Shown: in pieces, positions 24,390 to 35,875 of the stretch | Layout: each line of letters opens with the position of its first letter | Numbering within the stretch: the stretch's first letter is position 1 | Assembly (NCBI RefSeq): GCF_001194135.2 | Contig: NC_069005.1 | Coordinates: 22,073,418-22,114,860 of the forward strand | Direction: 5' to 3' | Length of the DNA stretch: 41,443 bases | Origin: Octopus bimaculoides | Taxonomy: Eukaryota | Program-made: the position numbers and the translations under genes | The notes under the pieces: generated by a model | Seen by the model: only the letters and a program-made list of their open reading frames with translations | Databases searched by the model: none | What the model was told of the DNA's origin: nothing

Positions 24390-24530
24390 TACGTTCTGAG
24401 TTCAACTTCCACCAAGATTGACTTTATCTTTCATCCTTCCGGGGGTCGATAAAAAATAAGTACCAGTCGATTTTATTCTCTCACTCTAAACATTTCTGAC
24501 CATGGCGGCTCTGATAGAAATTATTATTAA
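24390..24530 (+). mobile_element. Diverged SINE family C fragment
   Basis: TTACGTTCTGAGTTCAAC...GATTGACTTTATCTTTCATCCTTCCGGGGGTCGATAAAAAATAAGTACCAG. Confidence 0.75.
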
Positions 24531-24626
24531 AGTTGTTTCTGTTTAACTCCTCACCTTCGGTGTTGTTGTTGTTGTTGGTGGTGGTACGTTTTTGAATAGC
24601 GTGTTGATATCAACACATAAACAATG

Positions 24627-24854
24627 TATAAAGGGTGCTGAAAAGTTCCTGGCTTTAAGGGTATCGCGAAAGGCCTGTTTGGAGGCCCAACCTTCCGTGT
24701 TCTTTTGCAGGGCTTAGAAAACGTGAAGGACTGTTGCAATAAGTGTATGAATCTGAAAGAGGAATATGTTTAATAAAATCATAATTAACTGATTCACTGA
24801 TCTTCCTGTATTTTCTTTTACCCAAAATCAGGAACTTTTCAGCACCGCCTCGTC
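24627..24854 (+). mobile_element. Non-autonomous mariner derivative (MITE) with both TIRs
   Basis: GGTGCTGAAAAGTTCCTGGCTTT pairs with AAATCAGGAACTTTTCAGCACC. Internal GLENVKDCCNKCMNLKEEYV* resembles the mariner transposase C-terminus. Confidence 0.85.
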
Positions 24855-24949
24855 TATCTTGCAGCTAATAAACTGAGAATTTTCTACCAGCATCTGAATT
24901 CTTTGAAAACATATTTTCGATTTCTTAGAATTATGCCCCCCTGTCATTC

Positions 24950-25490
24950 ATTGTGGCTAAATGATAGTAAGATTGACTGACAAAGTTAGGCGGATGTCTT
25001 GTGGATTTCAACAGATATCAGCATTAATGTAATCAAAATCACAAGCGGCCACTATCAGACATCAACCAGCGCAGGTCGACAAGTTCAAGTATCTGGGTTC
25101 CATAGTTGACCGAGCAGTAGACTGCAGCTAGGAAATCAGGACAAGACATAGTAGAGGAAGATCAACTTTGATGTCACTCAATACGTTATGCATCCTCTGG
25201 AAAAGAATCAAGTTGAGACTTCGAAAATCCCTGGTCTGGCCAATAGCGTTGTATAGGTGCAAAGTATGGATCTTAAGGGTGGCTGACACCAAGTCACTGA
25301 GGGTGTTCGGATGTACCACAGGCAGGCTCTGGGGATCACTTGGGTGGATTGAAGCTCAACGAACGATTCAGTTTAGAGGGAGATGGGATCAGAACAAAAG
25401 TTGGTGAGGATTATCAGGCGACAGAAACTGATATATTTTGGCCACGTTATCAAGGTTCAGAACCTCTGTTCTCACATTCACAAAGACTAG
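24950..25490 (+). mobile_element. RTE-clade LINE fragment (region C-terminal to the RT core), pseudogenised
   Basis: INVIKIT...QVDKFKYLGSIVD..CS*EIRTR...KLRLRKSLVWPIALY...LGITWVD...RQKLIYFGHV, across a stop and frameshifts. Confidence 0.85.
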
Positions 25491-26294
25491 GTTAAATGTA
25501 AGTGAGCTTGTGAGTGACTAAGACTAATTATGTCGGTTGAATCTTAGTTTAAATGGGTTCGTTGTCAAACCTATGAATAAGATACCATTTGGAAGAAATG
25601 AAGATCAGAATTAAATAGATTCTGAATAAATGGTAAATTTAGTGAAGAATTTGTCATGACCGGATAAAATTTTATGCGAAGCAATTAAAAGTTTGTGTGT
25701 GACTGGACATTATTCTTGTTATGAAACTACCAATCTAGGAACAGTCCAATCTGAGTTTTGGTTAATAAAGTTTTATATCTATGACCTTATAAGGTTATCC
25801 TTATAAGTTTTAGGAATACTTTACCAGTAGGAGGGCTTCTTTTATCTTTCATTCCTTTCGGTTATTAGAATGCGACCAAACTGAGTCCGCAACTCCTTCC
25901 CGTTGCCAAAAGGTCTGCAAGGCACTAGCAAGCCTCAAGAGACACATTTTTGTCCATAGAATATGATTACCGCTTTATTTTGCTGAACTTCACTTGTTGT
26001 TCACAACTAGAGAATCCATCATATATAGGCTCGGTGATGTAAACAGGCAAAACTGAACACGAAACATGAATATATAGATATATTTCTTGTTGATATTTAG
26101 CAGAAGCAACAGAGTGACTCAAGGAACGAAAGTTTCGTGCATTAGCACTTATGAAACTAGTTACAGATCAAGGAGTTGTAAATTTATATACTGGTGATAA
26201 TAGTATTTCCCTGGATAGTTCTAGAGCAAATTATAAAAACAATTATTATGTCTATTAATTATACTTAGGACAGCAGCGGCACAATGAGGTGAGA

Positions 26295-26325
26295 GGATGG
26301 GGCTGAGAGGATGGGGCTGAGAGGA
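26295..26325. repeat. 14-bp tandem repeat GAGGATGGGGCTGA x2+
   Basis: Read directly. Confidence 0.85.
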
Positions 26326-26764
26326 AGGCTACACTGCTGCTAAAAACTGACATACACACAAGCATATGCACACACACACGCGCGCACGCACACACACACT
26401 TACACACACACTCACACACACACACACAAACAAGGACAAAAGAGCGCACATAAGGATACACATCTTAGAAGAACAGAATGGAGTAAGTGGAGCAAGAGCA
26501 CACACGAAAACGAAAAGTGTCGCTGAATAGGTCACAGATGTGTGACGAAAGATTTCCGGACAATAGACATGAGTTGAAATAATAAAATAAGAACAGTAAT
26601 AAACGAGTGAAGAAAACAATATATAGTGCGTGTGTTTATTTGGCAAAAAAAAAAATGACCGTCTCGAAATACAATATAGTTTCAACGCACGATTTCACAT
26701 GAGGAATCTTGCAAAACGAACATATATATATATACACCCCCCCACACACACACACACGCTCACA

Positions 26765-26925
26765 ACGGGTTTCCACACAGTTTTTCCGTCTACCAAATTA
26801 TTCACACGCAAGGCATCGGTCAGCCCGGGAACTGGAGTAGAAGATACTTGCGCAAGCTTGCTTGCAGTGGGATTGAACCCGGACCCATGTCGGTGCAGAG
26901 CGAGCTTCTTAACCACACAATCATG
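26765..26925 (-). mobile_element. SINE family AB head (diverged)
   Basis: CAGTTTTTCCGTCTACCAAAT...GTAGAAGATACTTG...GCAGTGGGATTGAACCC. Confidence 0.8.
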
Positions 26926-26984
26926 TCCGTGCTTCTTATTAGATCTCCTTGTCGACTAGCGCCAGATATTTTTTTTTTTAATTC

Positions 26985-27030
26985 TTTTGCTTGCTTCACT
27001 CATTCGACTGCGGCCATGCTGGAGCACACC
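26985..27030 (-). mobile_element. SINE family AB 3' micro-fragment
   Basis: CATTCGACTGCGGCCATGCTGGAGCAC. Confidence 0.65.
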
Positions 27031-27194
27031 TTTGATATGTTAAATTTTGATGGAATTTACTAAAGCAAGTGAGGACTTAATATAATACTGGATCTTGGAA
27101 CATCATTTGTCGTGTTCCTGCTGACCGATATCAATGTTTGAGTTATATTCTAAGAATCCGCATAATGAATTTGTAAAAATCTTTTCTTTGTTTT

Positions 27195-27372
27195 TCGTTC
27201 TTTTATCTTTTATATTTTACTGGTTTTAGTCATTAAACTACGGTCATGCTGGGGCACCATCTTGAAAAAATTTTCTGTCTTTAGTTGAATGAATCGACCC
27301 AGAGTGCCTGGTACTTATTCTAGCGTTCTTTTGCCGAACCGCTAAGTTACTGAGATGTAAATATACCACACA
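27195..27372 (-). mobile_element. SINE family AB body fragment
   Basis: TAGTCATTAAACTACGGTCATGCTGGGGCACC...TTTGCCGAACCGCTAAGTTAC. Confidence 0.8.
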
Positions 27373-27627
27373 TACATACATACATACATACATACATGCA
27401 TACATACATACATAATACATGCACACATAATACATATATACACCTAATATAAAAAATGCGAAAACTGATTTCTATGTGCCAGTGTGTCACACTTAGACCC
27501 GTCTCTCACTATTCAATGACATTCCTACTATTCCTCATGACGGGGTGAGAGTAATAGTAGGCATAGAGACAGTGAGGGCGGTGGTGAAGACAGAGAGAGA
27601 GAGAGAGAGAGAGAGAGNNNNNNNNNN

Positions 27628-27684
<57 letters not shown>

Positions 27685-28070
27685 AAGAGAGAGAAAGAAA
27701 CAGAGGGAGAGAAAGAAACAGAGGGAGAGAAAGAAACACAAAGAAATTTAAGGAGAGTTCATGATGCTTTATTAAAAGTAGTAGTATTGATGGTGGCAGT
27801 GGGAGTAATAATAAAAGAGAGAGAAAGAGTGGGTATGTGAGAGAAAGAGGGAGATTATGTATAACTTTGTTCAACCATGTCTCTTTGACAGAAATTCTTG
27901 TCACCAACATACTGAACTCTATCATTTTTGTTTTCTTTAATTGCATATACATACATACATTCACACACACATATATATATAAAATACACTTTAATTTAAA
28001 TAAAATTTTCCCCAAATTGAACATATCTAATATAATAAATATCAATGTCAGTGTGTTACACTTTTTCAAC

Positions 28071-28296
28071 TTTAATAAATCCTTTCTATTGGAAGAACAA
28101 GGCCTCAAATTTTTGGGGAAGGTATTAAGTCAATTACATCGACTCCAGTACGCAACTGGTGCTAATTTTATGGACCCCGAAAGGATGAAAGGCAAAGTCA
28201 ACCTCGGCGGTATTCGAACTCAAAACCTAACGGAAGACGAAATACCGCCAAGCATTTCGCCTGGCGTGCTAACGATTCTGCCAGCTCATCGCCTTA
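28071..28296 (-). mobile_element. SINE family C monomer
   Basis: GACCCCGAAAGGATGAAAGGCAAAGTCAACCTCGGCGG...GCTAACGATTCTGCCAGCTC. Confidence 0.9.
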
Positions 28297-28693
28297 TATA
28301 ATATAATAATATAATATAATAAATGTAAATAAATATAATAAATGTTAGTGTGTCAATGTGTCACACTTTTTCCACTTTACTCCTAGAGGCCGAAGCCCAA
28401 CATATCATACCATTTTTGGAATCAGGCTGACTCCATGAGTAAATTAAAAACATTCCGGGCCGAATCCGGACCCACAATCCTGAAATTTTGGATTCTCAAG
28501 TTTTCGTTACTGTGATTGTTTTCAGCGATTTTTTTACATGACCTTTTGCGACGAATGTGATCATCCTTGGGATATAACTCTGGAGGAAGCAATTGCAACA
28601 AATTCTCCAAAAACAAGTCAGTGATCTGTTTACAAATCTTCCCATTCAGGCTCAGTTGCTTAAAAGCTATATACTAGCTTAAAAACCGCCCGG

Positions 28694-28849
28694 ACGGGCT
28701 TCTATCAGTTTCCCTCTACTAAAGCTATTCACAATGCTTTGGTCGGCCCGAAGCCATAGAAAGAAGGCACTTGCCCAAAGTGCCATGCAGTGGGACTGAA
28801 CCACGAACGATATAGGTGGGAAGGAAGTTTCGTACCGCACAACCACGCC
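28694..28849 (-). mobile_element. SINE family AB head
   Basis: CTTTGGTCGGCCCGAAGCCATAG...CACTTGCCCAAAGTGCCATGCAGTGGGACTGAACC. Confidence 0.85.
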
Positions 28850-29499
28850 CTTCCTTTTCTTTTCTTTTTTCTTCTTGGAAATGTGTTTAAAATGTAAGCT
28901 TTCTACCTGGGTAAAATATTTTTTATTTCTAAGAAAAATCACGACTCACAAAACACACAGCACTCCCTCCATGGCGTCCTCAGTGACATCTGTCATTCTC
29001 TTTTGAGTTCACAACGGTACCACATGAGCGCCACCGGTCCAGTTAAAAGACCATTGTACTAGAAGAAACGATTGCACGACTTTATAGAACCGAAAGTATT
29101 TCTCCGAGCTTATAAAAACTAAATGAATGATTTAATGTTTTACAATGGAAGAATAGAAAGAAACCGACCGGCAAAGAATTACAACGAGTGTATAAGTCTT
29201 GCGTTACCTTGGATCTTTAATGGAGGATAATAAAAAGAATATTGATAATAGAATGGGTAAGAGTAAGGAAAATGGACAATGGACATATTCTAGAAAAGTG
29301 TATCAACAAAGATAAAGGAGAGGAAATGTTTAAGGTCACTGAAGACAGCATATTTCTTATGACGTGTCATGTTTCATCTTCCTAAGATAATATGGACGGA
29401 TGGATCTATCTATCGATCGATCGATCTGTCTATCTCTCTGACTCTGTGTTGTGTGTGTGTGCGTGTGTATAATTATATACGTATTACACACACACAGAC

Positions 29500-29505
29500 A
29501 CACAC

Positions 29506-29600
<95 letters not shown>

Positions 29601-29656
29601 TAGATAGATAGATAGATAAACAGACAGAAATAGATAGGTAGTTAAACAAAAAGAAG

Positions 29657-29695
<39 letters not shown>

Positions 29696-29700
29696 GAGAG
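29500..29700. repeat. Compound (GATA)n/(GACA)n/(GA)n microsatellite
   Basis: Read directly. Confidence 0.95.
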
Positions 29701-30314
29701 AGGTAGATAAGTAGGTTAGAAAGTAGGTAGAGAGGAAGGAGGGTAAGGGAGTGAGTTAGAAATCAATAAGTACTAACAAGGCACAGCTGCTTGCATTTTC
29801 AAAATGCACCCAGTGACCTGGCACAATGTAATCAGGAGCTTTACCACCACCGCCACCACCACCACTACCACCATTTAACAACATTGACGATCACCCACGA
29901 CGTAATTTCGATGTATATATGTGTATGTATGTATGTATGCGTGAGTGCGTATATGTATGTATGTATCTCTCTTTCTCTCTCTCTCTCTCTNNNNNNNNNN
30001 NNNNNNNNNNNNNNNNNNNNNNNNNNNNNNNNNNNNNNNNNNNNNNNNNNNNNNNNNNNNNNNNNNNNNNNNNNNNNNNNNNNNNNNNNNNNNNNNNNNN
30101 NNNNNNNNNNNNNNNNNNNNNNNNNNNNNNNNNNNNNNNNNNNNNNNNNNNNNNNNNNNNNNNNNNNNNNNNNNNNNNNNNNNNNNNNNNNNNNNNNNNN
30201 NNNNNNNNNNNNNNNNNNNNNNNNNNNNNNNNNNNNNNNNNNNNNNNNNNNNNNNNNNNNNNNNNNNNNNNNNNNNNNNNNNNNNNNNNNNNNNNNNNNN
30301 NNNNNNNNNNNNNN

Positions 30315-30357
<43 letters not shown>

Positions 30358-30503
30358 ACGGGCTTCTTTCAGTTTCCGTCTACCGAATCCACTTACAAGG
30401 CTTTGGTCGGCCCGGAACTATAGTAGAAGACTCTTGCCCTCGGTGCCACGCAGTGGTACTGAACCCGGAACCATGTGGTTAGGAAGCAACCTTCTTACCA
30501 CAC
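30358..30503 (-). mobile_element. SINE family AB head
   Basis: ACGGGCTTCTTTCAGTTTCCGTCTACC...GAACCCGGAACCATGTGGTTAGGAAGC. Confidence 0.9.
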
Positions 30504-30756
30504 ACACACACACACCCACATACACACACACACACACACACGTATGTATGCATGTATGTATGTATATATGTAAACATATTTAGAAACACACACCTAAACA
30601 CCCACGTAATGGCATACATGCATGTATATATGTATTTATATAAGTAGTGTTGACAGAATACTTAAGATAATGCCTACAATTTAATCAGTTAATCTATATG
30701 GTTATATTTAACACACTTTCATATTTTTTTCTGGTTGGCTTCAGAAGCGTGTGTAT

Positions 30757-30789
<33 letters not shown>

Positions 30790-31123
30790 NNNNNNNNNNN
30801 NNNNNNNNNNNNNNNNNNNNNNNNNNNNNNNNNNNNNNNNNNNNNNNNNNNNNNNNNNNNNNNNNNNNNNNNNNNNNNNNNNNNNNNNNNNNNNNNNNNN
30901 NNNNNNNNNNNNNNNNNNNNNNNNNNNNNNNNNNNNNNNNNNNNNNNNNNNNNNNNNNNNNNNNNNNNNNNNNNNNNNNNNNNNNNNNNNNNNNNNNNNN
31001 NNNNNNNNNNNNNNNNNNNNNNNNNNNNNNNNNNNNNNNNNNNNNNNNNNNNNNNNNNNNNNNNNNNNNNNNNNNNNNNNNNNNNNNNNNNNNNNNNNNN
31101 NNNNNNNNNNNNNNNNNNNNNNN

Positions 31124-31156
<33 letters not shown>

Positions 31157-31590
31157 CGGTACACGGAAACAAAAGAAGCCCGTCGTAAACATACATACAT
31201 AAAGATGTGTAACACACTGCCTAAATACCCAATCTTGAGAAATTTGGCTTCTCAAAACTAGAAAGGTGAAAACAGATTCGAAGACTATAGATCCAAGCCA
31301 TCACTGGCTAACGATTCTACCGTCTGGTCATCTAGAGAGAGATAATATTATTTTTAATATCTACAAAGAGAATTAACTGAAGAAACGACCAACGACGTAC
31401 TATACTGTCAAATACGTAGATATAAAAAGCGGTTGACCATGGAAATTTCGTCGAAGAGGCCAATCAGACACTGACTCATTAGGCCTAGAGACGCGTAAAA
31501 TTCTATGTCTCGAATAGGGCAACGTTGATCTGTTTTAAAAGGTTCTCTAGCAAAACTTCGAAGTTACAGGTACTCCTTTCTTTTAAACGT

Positions 31591-31702
31591 GTGTGCCTGT
31601 GTTTGTGTGTGTGCATGCGTGTGCCTGTGTTTGTGTGTGTGCATGCGTGTGCCTGTGTTTGTGTGTGTGCATGCGTGTGCCTGTGTTTGTGTGTATGCAT
31701 GC
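31591..31702. repeat. 28-bp minisatellite x4 (GTGTGCCTGTGTTTGTGTGTGTGCATGC)
   Basis: Read directly. Confidence 0.9.
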
Positions 31703-31807
31703 GTATGACTATTCATATTCGCACACACGGAGATTGATAGATATATAGACAGAATGATTGCTCGCTAGGTATCAACTACTGTTACACACTTTTCGATACC
31801 CAAAGTA

Positions 31808-31814
31808 TAGATAG

Positions 31815-31849
<35 letters not shown>

Positions 31850-31877
31850 CAGCTAGCTAGCTAGCTAGCTAGCTAGC

Positions 31878-31937
<60 letters not shown>

Positions 31938-31960
31938 CAGCTAGCTAGATAGATAGATGC
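31808..31960. repeat. (GATA)n with embedded self-complementary (TAGC)n
   Basis: Read directly. Confidence 0.92.
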
Positions 31961-32044
31961 AGATAAAGACGACTAACTGGCGATCATTAGAGTGTCAGTA
32001 TAGACGGTGACATACACGGGCTTTTGGATTACGGCTCATCAAAT

Positions 32045-32195
32045 GGGCTTCCGTACAGTTTCTGCCACCGACTTTCACTCGCAAAGTTTGAGCCGAGCTG
32101 AACCTATGATGTGATAATTACAAAACATACCACGCAGCTGGGATCGAATGCGCTTTCTCATGGTTGCAAAACGTACTTCATTAGTCAACCATAAC
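32045..32195 (-). mobile_element. Old, highly diverged SINE family AB head
   Basis: GGGCTTCCGTACAGTTTCTG...CACGCAGCTGGGATCGAA...CATGGTTGCAAA. Confidence 0.55.
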
Positions 32196-32255
32196 TCTGT
32201 GTACATAATGTCTATAAGGATGCCTACATACACACAAATACGTACGTAACCACGG

Positions 32256-32306
<51 letters not shown>

Positions 32307-33404
32307 TAGACAAACACATATAGATCTATATACAAATGTATTGGTGTCTGCACAGAAGAATACACACACGCACACATATACTATGTCTACTATATTACGT
32401 GTGTATATATANNNNNNNNNNNNNNNNNNNNNNNNNNNNNNNNNNNNNNNNNNNNNNNNNNNNNNNNNNNNNNNNNNNNNNNNNNNNNNNNNNNNNNNNN
32501 NNNNNNNNNNNNNNNNNNNNNNNNNNNNNNNNNNNNNNNNNNNNNNNNNNNNNNNNNNNNNNNNNNNNNNNNNNNNNNNNNNNNNNNNNNNNNNNNNNNN
32601 NNNNNNNNNNNNNNNNNNNNNNNNNNNNNNNNNNNNNNNNNNNNNNNNNNNNNNNNNNNNNNNNNNNNNNNNNNNNNNNNNNNNNNNNNNNNNNNNNNNN
32701 NNNNNNNNNNNNNNNNNNNNNNNNNNNNNNNNNNNNNNNNNNNNNNNNNNNNNNNNNNNNNNNNNNNNNNNNNNNNNNNNNNNNNNNNNNNNNNNNNNNN
32801 NNNNNNNNNNNNNNNNNNNNNNNNNNNNNNNNNNNNNNNNNNNNNNNNNNNNNNNNNNNNNNNNNNNNNNNNNNNNNNNNNNNNNNNNNNNNNNNNNNNN
32901 NNNNNNNNNNNNNNNNNNNNNNNNNNNNNNNNNNNNNNNNNNNNNNNNNNNNNNNNNNNNNNNNNNNNNNNNNNNNNNNNNNNNNNNNNNNNNNNNNNNN
33001 NGTGGTGATGGTGGTTGGTTATCGTTGTAGTGGCAGCAGCGGAAAGTAGGGTTATTCGGTGCAACAGGCTCTGTCCCGCCCAACAGTTCGATTCGGTGGT
33101 GATTAAGTTTTTGTTGCTGTTGTTATCAAATTTGTTGTTGATATTTATATTGTTGTTGCTGTTTTTCAAATGTACTTTATTCTGTTGAAAGCGTCATCGT
33201 TGTTGTAGTTGTTTTTTTTTTTGTTGCTGCTGATATTCTCGACGTTGTTGTTATTGTGAATGGTTTTGTGTTGTTTAATCGCAAGTCAATCCTAGATTGA
33301 GACGAGCTATGATAGTAACCATAACGGTCGAAAATATTTAAAGTTTTTTCCTATTACGACTACGTTGGACCAGGTAGCCTTTGCATATATATATATATAT
33401 TTTG

Positions 33405-33980
33405 TGACGTCCTGTACCCATATATATATATATGTATGTACCCATATATATATATATGTCGAAACGCCGGTGTTAAAACGTGGGTAGCTGATGAAGTAGA
33501 ATGTTCTCTATGTGGCTCGTGTGTTCTCGTCTACGTTTGTTTGCAATGTCTTGTACCCAGATATGCACCTATACATACAGGTGGATGTCGGTATGCACAC
33601 CTGTATGTATAGGTGCATATCTGGGTACAGGACATTGCAAACAAACGTAGACGAGAACACNNNNNNNNNNNNNNNNNNNNNNNNNNNNNNNNNNNNNNNN
33701 NNNNNNNNCAGGACGCATCGTTAAACCGGCTCGTCCCATGGATCGCAGATTAAATTTGTATACGCAAATTAAATATATGTAATAATACAAAGAACATATA
33801 TGCATGTATACACACATATATGTACATACTTACATCTACATGTGTATATAGATGCATATCAGGGTACAGGACGTTAGAACAATGAACTACAGACCACGGA
33901 ACGAACACATAGGAAAACAGCTAGCCACTTGGAATTAATCCTTCGTCAGCTGCCTCTATTCTAACTAGACGTTTCGAAGA
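33405..33980. repeat. Nested inverted repeats of one repeat family, including a 63-bp near-perfect palindrome
   Basis: 33521-33583 and 33598-33660 differ by one mismatch around a 14-nt loop. A diverged inverted copy at about 33840-33978 mirrors 33468-33583. Partial GTACCCA copies lie at 33407-33445. Confidence 0.9.
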
Positions 33981-33989
33981 TAAGGCAGA

Positions 33990-34525
33990 ACGTACTCTAG
34001 AATAGTCTCTTCCTGAAGTAGAAAAACAGCCGACAACTGATGAAAAGCTAGAAAGTGTAAAATAAAGGAGTCATCACTTGAAAATCCAATGCTTTCAACA
34101 TCATCTCGCCCAGATGCGCTGCCACTGTCACTATCAGTTCCTGACATTTCACTCACCTTACAAGATGAGGAAGATCAGAGAGTCCTGACAGCCCTGCACC
34201 TCAAGAAGATGACAATCCTGATATCCCCTTACCTCAGTGATGATCTTTGTGTACGTCAACAGAACTAATGTACCAATACTTTACCAATACTTTACCAATA
34301 CTTTACCAATACTTTACCACGCATTTTACCTGGGTTTTATTAAAATTTCATTTGACTTCATTTGATGTTTCTCTTTTCCTTATTAACTAACTTGTACTGA
34401 TTTACAGGGTATTTTACCGAACCTAACCTAACCTAACCTACTCAATCAATTGGTAATCCGGCAAAATCACTAATCCGGCAGTCTCTAATATCCCAGCGAT
34501 GCCGGATAATCGGCAGTTAATTGTA
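33990..34525 (+). mobile_element. Right end of a TA-targeting (pogo/Tc1-like) DNA transposon relic
   Basis: Terminal CCGGATAATCGGCAGTTAATTG|TA. Subterminal TAATCCGGCA at 34454 and 34471, inverted at 34500. (CCTAA)n at 34420-34440, 11-mer TACCAATACTT x4, and a decayed acidic low-complexity coding-like segment upstream. No left TIR found. Confidence 0.55.
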
Positions 34526-34615
34526 CTGGGATTGATTTGTTCTCCAAAACTCTTTAAGGCTGTGCCTCAGCATGACCCCAGTCCAGTCAATGAAGCAAGC
34601 AAACGCTAAAAGATT
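34524..34615 (+). mobile_element. SINE family AB 3' fragment
   Basis: TACTGGGATTGATTTGTTC...AAGGCTGTGCCTCAGCATGACCCCAGTC...AAGCAAACGCTAAAAGA. Confidence 0.6.
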
Positions 34616-35175
34616 TACATTATGCCAAAGTGGAACAGCATTAAACATCGTCTCCAACGCTCCTCGTTTCTCGTTAATTCTAATGTTTTACGCCGTCTTC
34701 CTTCCCCTCCTACTCCCTCCCTCTCTCCTTTTCTCTGTCTCTCCTCCCCTCTCTTTCAACGAACATAAATTATTTCGAGGCCATTTTACAGTTCATGGAA
34801 CCCCGTAGAGGTCAGTTGACCCCCACCGAGTTTATTCTAATGACCCATAAATATGCAACAGAGATAGGAAAGATGGTGTTGAAGTAATGGACACTGCCTA
34901 AAAAAAAAAATCCCAAACAAAGAAATAAACAAACAACGCCCTCCCCAGAACTTTCATTCTACTCCTCTCAGCAAAAACTCTCTTACTTACAAAGGAGAAA
35001 AAAAGAAAAAAAAAAACATACACGCACCCTCACACTCTCTTTTCCTTTCTGTCTTTATTTACCTTCCTGCATCTGTTTCCAATTTCCTTCGCTCTTTCGT
35101 TATAACTATATCTATCAATTTAAATGCATGTAGGCCTGTATGTCTGTCTGTCTATATGTAGCAGTTCATTTATGA

Positions 35176-35256
35176 AGTTCCGATGAGGTTATAGGGTGAT
35201 ACACATGCACACCATTACGGGTGCATTGTATCCTACAGCAGAAACAGCTGCAAGCT
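35176..35256 (+). ncRNA. Degenerate type I hammerhead ribozyme motif
   Basis: AGTT-CCGATGA-[long stem II]-GAAA-CAGCTG-C-A-AGCT. There are two T>C changes relative to the consensus (U4 and U16.1). Confidence 0.55.
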
Positions 35257-35829
35257 AATGACGTTCTNNNNNNNNNNNNNNNNNNNNNNNNNNNNNNNNN
35301 NNNNNNNNNNNNNNNNNNNNNNNNNNNNNNNNNNNNNNNNNNNNNNNNNNNNNNNNNNNNNNNNNNNNNNNNNNNNNNNNNNNNNNNNNNNNNNNNNNNN
35401 NNNNNNNNNNNNNNNNNNNNNNNNNNNNNNNNNNNNNNNNNNNNNNNNNNNNNNNNNNNNNNNNNNNNNNNNNNNNNNNNNNNNNNNNNNNNNNNNNNNN
35501 NNNNNNNNNNNNNNNNNNNNNNNNNNNNNNNNNNNNNNNNNNNNNNNNNNNNNNNNNNNNNNNNNNNNNNNNNNNNNNNNNNNNNNNNNNNNNNNNNNNN
35601 NNNNNNNNNNNNNNNNNNNNNNNNNNNNNNNNNNNNNNNNNNNNNNNNNNNNNNNNNNNNNNNNNNNNNNNNNNNNNNNNNNNNNNNNNNNNNNNNNNNN
35701 NNNNNNNNNTATCACTAATATTATTATTATTATTATTATTATGATATATATATATATTTAAAGAATGGAGTAAACGCATATTATAACTGCATACTTTTAT
35801 CCGAGTTATTTTTTACTTGGAGAAAATAA

Positions 35830-35875
<46 letters not shown>

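Noticed and set aside
34035-34065. CTGATGA-AAAGCTA-GAAAG hammerhead-like hit
   Set aside because: No stems II or III.
33965-34156. Acidic ORF MSEMSGTDSDSGS... as a piggyBac-like N-terminus or host exon
   Set aside because: It is short and lies antisense within a transposon relic. No TTAA termini or downstream DDD domain were seen.
34420-34440. (CCTAA)n as an interstitial telomere
   Set aside because: Only about 4 units, lying in the subterminal region of a transposon relic.
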